From a virus, in IMG/VR virus record IMGVR_UViG_3300045988_175441, positions 1 to 64,000 of that record: a stretch of DNA of 64,000 bases, one strand, 5' to 3'. Made by a program: the position numbers and the translations under genes. A model generated the notes under the pieces. That model was not told the origin of the DNA. It saw only the letters and a program-made list of their open reading frames with translations, and did not search any database. Numbering within the stretch: the stretch's first letter is position 1; every line of letters begins with the position of its first letter. Positions 59,176 to 64,000 of this stretch are shown here, piece after piece.

Positions 59176-60681
59176 ATGTTTATAGTATATTTACTTGCTG
59201 TAGCCTTCTTAGTGGGTTTATTTGCAATCCTTGGTTACTGGGGTTCACAGATTGATAGGGGCAATTTAGAAAAAGAAATCATGTATCGTCAAAGGGCGTT
59301 AGGTAAACCTATTTTTGACGATATAGACTTTGAGAAGTACGGTTCAATCAAAGAGCTTATACGACTGAACGAGGAGCTAAAAGTCCTACAAAGAATGCAG
59401 AAGGCTAGAGAAGGAAGTTTAGCATGGTATGAAGGCGTAGTTCCAGTTAGTGGGGAAGTGACGCAGAAACAAGGCTTTGAGTATATAGAGTTTGAAGAAC
59501 AACAGGAAGCCCTTATCCCTCTTAATTGGGATTTATCCATCGTGGGGCAAGGAAAAGTTGACGTTGATAGAAAGAAACGTGACAGACGTATTCAGGAAGT
59601 TGAAAGGCTTGAAGAAAAGGTTGACAGTTACTTTAAAAATTGTTTTGGAAGAAATGTGATCGCATTATTCAATACTAAAATAACTTGGAGTGGAGCTGAG
59701 TTCTTTATTAGAATAGCGCTTAAATATGGTTATGTAGAAACATACGCCTTGAAAGCTATAAAAATTGACTTAGAAAGCATTTTTCATACTAACTCCTTAG
59801 AAGTGACAGAGTATGGGAATATTATCCGTATTGCTTTTAATACAAGTGAGATTGAGTTCCCAACAACTCACTATATGTTCTCAAAATTTGCAAGCGAAGG
59901 TGTACCTAAGACACCCCTAACAATTATGGCAGGGATTGATAAAGAAGGTAGAGTAAGGCAGTATGACCTTGCTATGGCAGGTGGAGTTCTGGTATGTGGT
60001 GGAGTTGGAAGTGGCAAAAGCAACTTTGTAAGACTAGCTCTTTCCTCAATCATGCTACACAGTACGCCAGATGAAGCTAAGTTTGTAGTTTATAGCCCTG
60101 CTGTTGATGTGGAGTTCCACTACCTCAAAGGAAGTCCGTATCTTTACAAGGATATACTATGCAAAGAAGAAGAAACACTTAATGTCCTAGCAGAGCTGAA
60201 AAATGAGATTGACCGTAGATGGAAGATGTTTTCAGAACGTGCAGTCTATAGCGTTAGTGAATTTAACTCTATTGCTGATGAAAAAGAGAAATTGCCTTAT
60301 CTGTTAGTTGTACTAAATGAAGCTGAGAGCTTGCTGTATCATAAGTATGATGAAGTGATTGAACTATTGGTATCTTTGACAACTAGAGGACGATCTACAG
60401 GAGTTATTCTTTTAGAAACAACACATAACGCTAGAGCAGATATTGTTCCACAACGTCTGAAAGCCAATTTACCGTGTGTGATCGCTTATAGTCTAGGCAA
60501 TTCTGTTGATAGCTTGATTGCTATTGGAACAGAAGGAGCAGGACGCTTACTAGTGTCAGAGTGCTTGATAAAATGGATTGATAGCCCAGAGCCTACTAAG
60601 ATTAAAACCCCTTATATCAGCGATACAGAAATAGCTAAGATGGTTGAATCCACTAGTAAGAAGTTTAAGAAGTTTTCGTAA
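59176..60681 (+). CDS. second, divergent FtsK/SpoIIIE-like ATPase (501 aa)
   Basis: N-terminal TM. Walker A GGVGSGKS. Walker B region LLVVLNEAESL has N where D is expected. TTHNARADIVPQRLKANLPCVIAY replaces the ATQRP-type motif. The start was trimmed to the ATG after AAAGGAAAAAA. Confidence 0.75.
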   Translation: MFIVYLLAVAFLVGLFAILGYWGSQIDRGNLEKEIMYRQRALGKPIFDDIDFEKYGSIKELIRLNEELKVLQRMQKAREGSLAWYEGVVPVSGEVTQKQGFEYIEFEEQQEALIPLNWDLSIVGQGKVDVDRKKRDRRIQEVERLEEKVDSYFKNCFGRNVIALFNTKITWSGAEFFIRIALKYGYVETYALKAIKIDLESIFHTNSLEVTEYGNIIRIAFNTSEIEFPTTHYMFSKFASEGVPKTPLTIMAGIDKEGRVRQYDLAMAGGVLVCGGVGSGKSNFVRLALSSIMLHSTPDEAKFVVYSPAVDVEFHYLKGSPYLYKDILCKEEETLNVLAELKNEIDRRWKMFSERAVYSVSEFNSIADEKEKLPYLLVVLNEAESLLYHKYDEVIELLVSLTTRGRSTGVILLETTHNARADIVPQRLKANLPCVIAYSLGNSVDSLIAIGTEGAGRLLVSECLIKWIDSPEPTKIKTPYISDTEIAKMVESTSKKFKKFS

Positions 60682-60694
60682 AAAGACAAAATAA

Positions 60695-60723
60695 AAGCCC
60701 CTGATTAGTCGTAGGGCTTTTTG
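60695..60723 (+). terminator. intrinsic terminator
   Basis: AAGCCC / GGGCTT stem followed by TTTTG. Confidence 0.6.
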
Positions 60724-60848
60724 TATGAGAAAACTAAAATCAAACCCCCTCTTACGAGGGGTGGAGAACTTATAAGAAAGTTCAAAGAATAGTACGAAGC
60801 TATTATAACACTAACAAGCAACTCCTGACAAGTTTTTTCGGAAAATAG

Positions 60849-60890
60849 TTGACAGGAGGTATAAAAGGGTGTATAATATAAACATAATTA
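60849..60890 (+). promoter_or_regulatory. class-1 promoter module
   Basis: TTGACA (60849-60854), 17-nt spacer, TATAAT (60872-60877). Confidence 0.8.
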
Positions 60891-60912
60891 AAAAAAGAAA
60901 GCAGGATTTAAA

Positions 60913-61080
60913 ATGCGTACAACAATATGCTATGCAACCATGATTAAGGACGGAAAACCATTCATCTACGAGCTTGAACGTGAGGACTACTCCTTGTTTG
61001 ACTTTGACAAGGAATTTCAAAAGATTGCTAAAAATCGTGGTTGGCAGTATGTAGAATGTGGCACAACACCACTCTTATAG
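60913..61080 (+). CDS. unannotated 55-aa protein upstream of the nuclease
   Basis: ATG after AAGCAGGATTTAAA. MRTTICYATMIKDGKPFIYELEREDYSLFDFDKEFQKIAKNRGWQYVECGTTPLL. First gene after a class-1 promoter. Confidence 0.45.
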   Translation: MRTTICYATMIKDGKPFIYELEREDYSLFDFDKEFQKIAKNRGWQYVECGTTPLL

Positions 61081-61099
61081 AATGTTCGCAGGGGGAACT

Positions 61100-61855
61100 A
61101 TGGAAAAGAAGAAAATCTTTAAACTACTGACCGTAGCAACAGCAATGTTGCTATTAGTTGGTTGTAAGGACGTTCAGAAGATTGCTGACAAGAAAGACAG
61201 TCAGACAACAGAAGTAGCGCAGGTAGAACAGGGAGCAGTCCAGACTTGGAGTATTGATAAGTACCCTAACTACTACACAGTAGATGGCAAGAGTGGTATC
61301 AATCCATCAGACTTTCCAGAAGCAGGTAAAATCCAGTATGGAGAGTTAGACAAGCTAGGACGTACCACGGAAGCTAAAGGCTCACTAACGTTTAAGAACG
61401 TAGAAGGCTCTTACGGAGTGCGCCAGAAGTTTTCTAAGGACGCTGATCCAAGTGGTTGGGGTGTTCAGGATAAAGTGAAAATCCCTTACTCTAACGGTAA
61501 ACACTACAAAGGGTTCTTTTGGAATCGTAGTCATCTTATCGGAGACGCTTTAGGTGGAGACGCTATCCGTCAAAACGTAGTGACAGGAACACGAACTCAA
61601 AACGTGGGAGAGGACGCTAAAGGTGGTATGCGTTATAGCGAGATTAAGGCGCAGGAGTGGTTGGAAGCAAACCATGACGGAACGCTCTACTACGGAGCAA
61701 AGCCAGTCTATGAGGGTAACGAGCTAGTGCCAAGGACTGTTATTGTTTCTATGCTATCGTCAGATGGTACGATTGATGAAAAGGTTATCGTCTTTAATAG
61801 CGCTAATGGTTTTGAAATCAACTACGCAGACGGAACTTTTAAGGAGACAAAATAG
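61100..61855 (+). CDS. secreted lipoprotein DNA/RNA non-specific endonuclease (DNA-entry-nuclease-like) (251 aa)
   Basis: Trimmed to MEKKKIF after GGGGGAAC. Lipobox LLLVGC. FFWNRSHLIGDALGG...NVVTGTRTQNVG resembles the Endonuclease_NS_2 core. Confidence 0.6.
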   Translation: MEKKKIFKLLTVATAMLLLVGCKDVQKIADKKDSQTTEVAQVEQGAVQTWSIDKYPNYYTVDGKSGINPSDFPEAGKIQYGELDKLGRTTEAKGSLTFKNVEGSYGVRQKFSKDADPSGWGVQDKVKIPYSNGKHYKGFFWNRSHLIGDALGGDAIRQNVVTGTRTQNVGEDAKGGMRYSEIKAQEWLEANHDGTLYYGAKPVYEGNELVPRTVIVSMLSSDGTIDEKVIVFNSANGFEINYADGTFKETK

Positions 61856-61866
61856 CAGGTGGCGTA

Positions 61867-62112
61867 GTGAAGAAAATATACAAAAAATTAGGTTCGGATT
61901 CAGTTGTTGTAAATGCGAAAAAGTTAGTTGTTTTAACTAAACATGGAGAAGAACCTGCTAGTAAGTATTTTCCAAAATTTAGAATGTATGATGATTTAAT
62001 CATAATACCCATTGAACCAGAAAGCGAGTTCAAGGAATATCTAAGTAGCTATGTAATAGATTGGAGTAGAATTTCTAAAGAAGTCCTTTCCATTACAACG
62101 TCATGGTGGTAA
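61867..62112 (+). CDS. hypothetical protein (81 aa)
   Basis: GTG start after AGGTGG. Confidence 0.45.
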   Translation: MKKIYKKLGSDSVVVNAKKLVVLTKHGEEPASKYFPKFRMYDDLIIIPIEPESEFKEYLSSYVIDWSRISKEVLSITTSWW

Positions 62113-62139
62113 AAACATTGGGGAAGTTTAGGAGCAAGT

Positions 62140-62168
62140 AGCTAGGAGAAAATCCTAGCTATTTTTTT
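62140..62168 (+). terminator. intrinsic terminator
   Basis: AGCTAGGA (62140-62147) / TCCTAGCT (62153-62160), followed by ATTTTTTT. Homologous to the terminator at 8213-8250. Confidence 0.75.
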
Positions 62169-62340
62169 ATTTTTCTCCAATCGTTTTAAAGGGCATTTTT
62201 AGCCGATATAAGCGATTTTAAGACAAAGGGGTAGAAATAGACCTCGATATAGATAAAGTGCGAAAATGAGGACGAGAGAGGACAAATAGAGGACGATAGG
62301 ATATAAAGGAGTGTGTAGAGAGAGAAAAAGGGTTGATTTT
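62169..62340 (+). repeat. dispersed non-coding repeat family, copy D (inverted relative to A-C)
   Basis: See 8051-8212. Lies between a terminator and a class-1 promoter. Confidence 0.65.
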
Positions 62341-62411
62341 GATAAAAATAATCTCAGAAAGCAAAAAAGTCTTGACAGTCAAGTAAAAAGAGTGTATAAT
62401 ATAAACATAAA
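62341..62411 (+). promoter_or_regulatory. class-1 promoter module
   Basis: Partial operator GATAAAAATAATC (62341-62353). TTGACA (62372-62377), 17-nt spacer, TATAAT (62395-62400). Confidence 0.8.
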
Positions 62412-62431
62412 AATAAAAAAGGGGTATCATT

Positions 62432-62805
62432 ATGAACCAAGATGAACGCAACGCAACGCAAAGAGAGTAGCTGAACTTACCAAGCTACAAGCTATTAAAG
62501 AGACAACTGAACGCCTACTTCACTCAGGCGAAGAAAACACTCATACTCTTATCATGGTTGAGACTACTAGGAAAGGCGAGGAAATCGAAACAATAAGCCG
62601 AGTTATGGCTGACGGAGATGTACGTCAAATCTTATTGTCGGTTGGTGGGCTTCTCAAAACAGCAAAAAAGATGATGAATAGCTTTCCTGATGACTTTATT
62701 GAGGATGCAAAGGAAACAAGAAAAGAAGAACTGCTTAATCTTTTTCTGCAATCGGCTGAAATCGGCTCACAGTTGATGGAGTGGTGTGAAATCGGAGATA
62801 TGTAA
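62432..62805 (+). pseudogene. gene split by a +5 frameshift inside an (AACGC)3 repeat, either phase-off or a pseudogene
   Basis: The ATG at 62432 has a strong SD (AAGGGGTATCATT) but stops after 12 codons. The 83-aa ORF at 62554-62805 has no SD and is open upstream to 62446. Removing one AACGC unit (62445-62459) fuses the two frames. Confidence 0.55.
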
Positions 62806-62817
62806 AGAGGTTCAGAT

Positions 62818-63156
62818 ATGATAGTAAAAGATTATAAGAACAATGGGGAAAGCATTACATACAAGCTAGACTATGATATTTTTAGTGTGAACGTTGAACA
62901 TAAAAAAACTAGTGAAGGAGTTAATGTAACTGACCTGACAGACTTGTTCGATTGGCTAGATGAACAAGAAGTAAGCGTACTGCCATTAAAATATTTTTTG
63001 TGTTTCCAAGATAGTCTGTTACTAGCAGGCGACACATTAGATTTTGCAATGAGCGAACGCAAAATGACGCAAAAAGGAATTGAAGAACTAGCTGATAAAT
63101 TATTTGATAAGAATATATCAGAACGTTTAGAATCAATTTGTGGAAGGAAGGAGTAA
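62818..63156 (+). CDS. hypothetical protein (112 aa)
   Basis: Intact ORF with RBS AAAGAGGTTCAGAT. Confidence 0.6.
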   Translation: MIVKDYKNNGESITYKLDYDIFSVNVEHKKTSEGVNVTDLTDLFDWLDEQEVSVLPLKYFLCFQDSLLLAGDTLDFAMSERKMTQKGIEELADKLFDKNISERLESICGRKE

Positions 63157-63165
63157 AAGAGAAGA

Positions 63166-63954
63166 ATGCGAAAAATCATAATGATTACAATAAATATCAT
63201 TGCATTGGTCTTGATGTCAAGTGATGATGTGAAACATAGAGTTGTAGGGGTATCTATTATAATTTTCTGTTATTTGTTCCTTCTGCTTAATTACACGCTT
63301 CCTAATAGAAATTATGAAAACTATAGCGTAAAAAGAATTGAAGCGCCTATATTAAGTGCAAGAAAACAGTTTAAAGTCAAAAAGATTGCGACCTATAAAG
63401 TGAATGAAGGGGTTTTAACAGAGGAAAAATGGGAAGATTTAAAACTTGCGTTAAACTCCTTTGCATTAGAGTTTTTACATAGAAATTTTCCTGATGTTGA
63501 ATGGGATAGTCAATTCTATTTAATAAAATATGATGGAAGGTTAGCAGGGGTGTTTGTGAGCATAGCACTTTATAAAGAACTTATGTTTACAGAAAAGCCT
63601 ATGTCACCTATTTTGTTAAATGAAACTTTTCTGTATGCTACAATCAAGTTTAATGATTTTGGGATTATTAAACCAGTAGTGGAACATGAATTAGTACACT
63701 ATGCACTTTGGAAACAAGGAAAGAAATTTAGAGATCATCAAGAAGATTTTGAAAACAAACTTTTAGAGTTGAATATCCCATCAAATAACCCTGAAAATTC
63801 AAACGCTTACAGCTTTGGGATAGAACGTATTGAAACAGAGAATGGGATTGAGGACACGCTATCTTTAATTATACCGCCTAGCAAATTATCTGAAAAAGAT
63901 TACAAGAACGTCCTAGAAAAATATATAAATAAGTATAACAGCAATGATGAATAG
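63166..63954 (+). CDS. membrane-anchored SprT-like zinc metalloprotease candidate (262 aa)
   Basis: Two N-terminal hydrophobic segments. HExxH in VVEHELVHYALWKQGKKFRDHQEDF. Confidence 0.45.
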   Translation: MRKIIMITINIIALVLMSSDDVKHRVVGVSIIIFCYLFLLLNYTLPNRNYENYSVKRIEAPILSARKQFKVKKIATYKVNEGVLTEEKWEDLKLALNSFALEFLHRNFPDVEWDSQFYLIKYDGRLAGVFVSIALYKELMFTEKPMSPILLNETFLYATIKFNDFGIIKPVVEHELVHYALWKQGKKFRDHQEDFENKLLELNIPSNNPENSNAYSFGIERIETENGIEDTLSLIIPPSKLSEKDYKNVLEKYINKYNSNDE

Positions 63955-63972
63955 GGGGAGAATAAATCAAAC

Positions 63973-64000
63973 ATGACAAATTGGTTTGTACGGATAAACC
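63973..64000 (+). CDS. 5' end of a further ORF, truncated by the window edge
   Basis: ATG after GGGGGAGAATAAATCAAAC. Only 9 codons are visible. Confidence 0.25.

Overview
This 64 kb window looks like backbone from a large conjugative plasmid or megaplasmid of a low-GC Gram-positive bacterium. The Streptococcus/Enterococcus/Lactococcus-like assignment rests on a YSIRK signal peptide, LPNTG sorting signals, AGGAG ribosome-binding sites and roughly 37% GC judged by eye. All calls come from reading the sequence and ORF track; no database search was possible.

Core functions:
- A theta-type origin with seven 22-bp iterons (29364-29517), followed by a Rep gene and a RuvC-like resolvase gene.
- A partition locus: ParA plus a tandem ribbon-helix-helix protein (18780-20291).
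- A Gram-positive T4SS-like transfer region split into two clusters (10.5-18.5 kb on the minus strand, 31.8-48.4 kb on the plus strand). It includes a four-domain peptidoglycan hydrolase, a PrsA-like foldase, a VirB4-position protein with no P-loop found by eye, a Clp/Hsp100-like double AAA+ ATPase and a 1389-aa polytopic protein.
- Two FtsK/SpoIIIE-like translocases, two HU paralogs, SSB, two LPXTG surface proteins and a secreted lipoprotein nuclease.

The core is flanked by two outward-facing arrays of small-ORF cassettes (0.5-8 kb minus strand, 50.5-64 kb plus strand).

Most notable observations:
- About 11 near-identical promoter modules drive the cassette arrays.
- Many of these promoters carry phased copies of a 17-bp A/T-rich operator motif. 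The same motif brackets the par genes and forms an orphan ~9-unit array at the left edge. This suggests a plasmid-wide regulon of the omega/KorB kind.
- The T4SS has an unusual ATPase complement.
- Three tandem paralogs sit next to the origin under a second, distinct promoter/operator type.
- There is a leaderless-mRNA candidate, an (AACGC)3 frameshift switch candidate, two sRNA candidates and a dispersed ~150-200 bp non-coding repeat family.

No rRNA, tRNA, CRISPR array, IS element, integrase or canonical relaxase was recognised.
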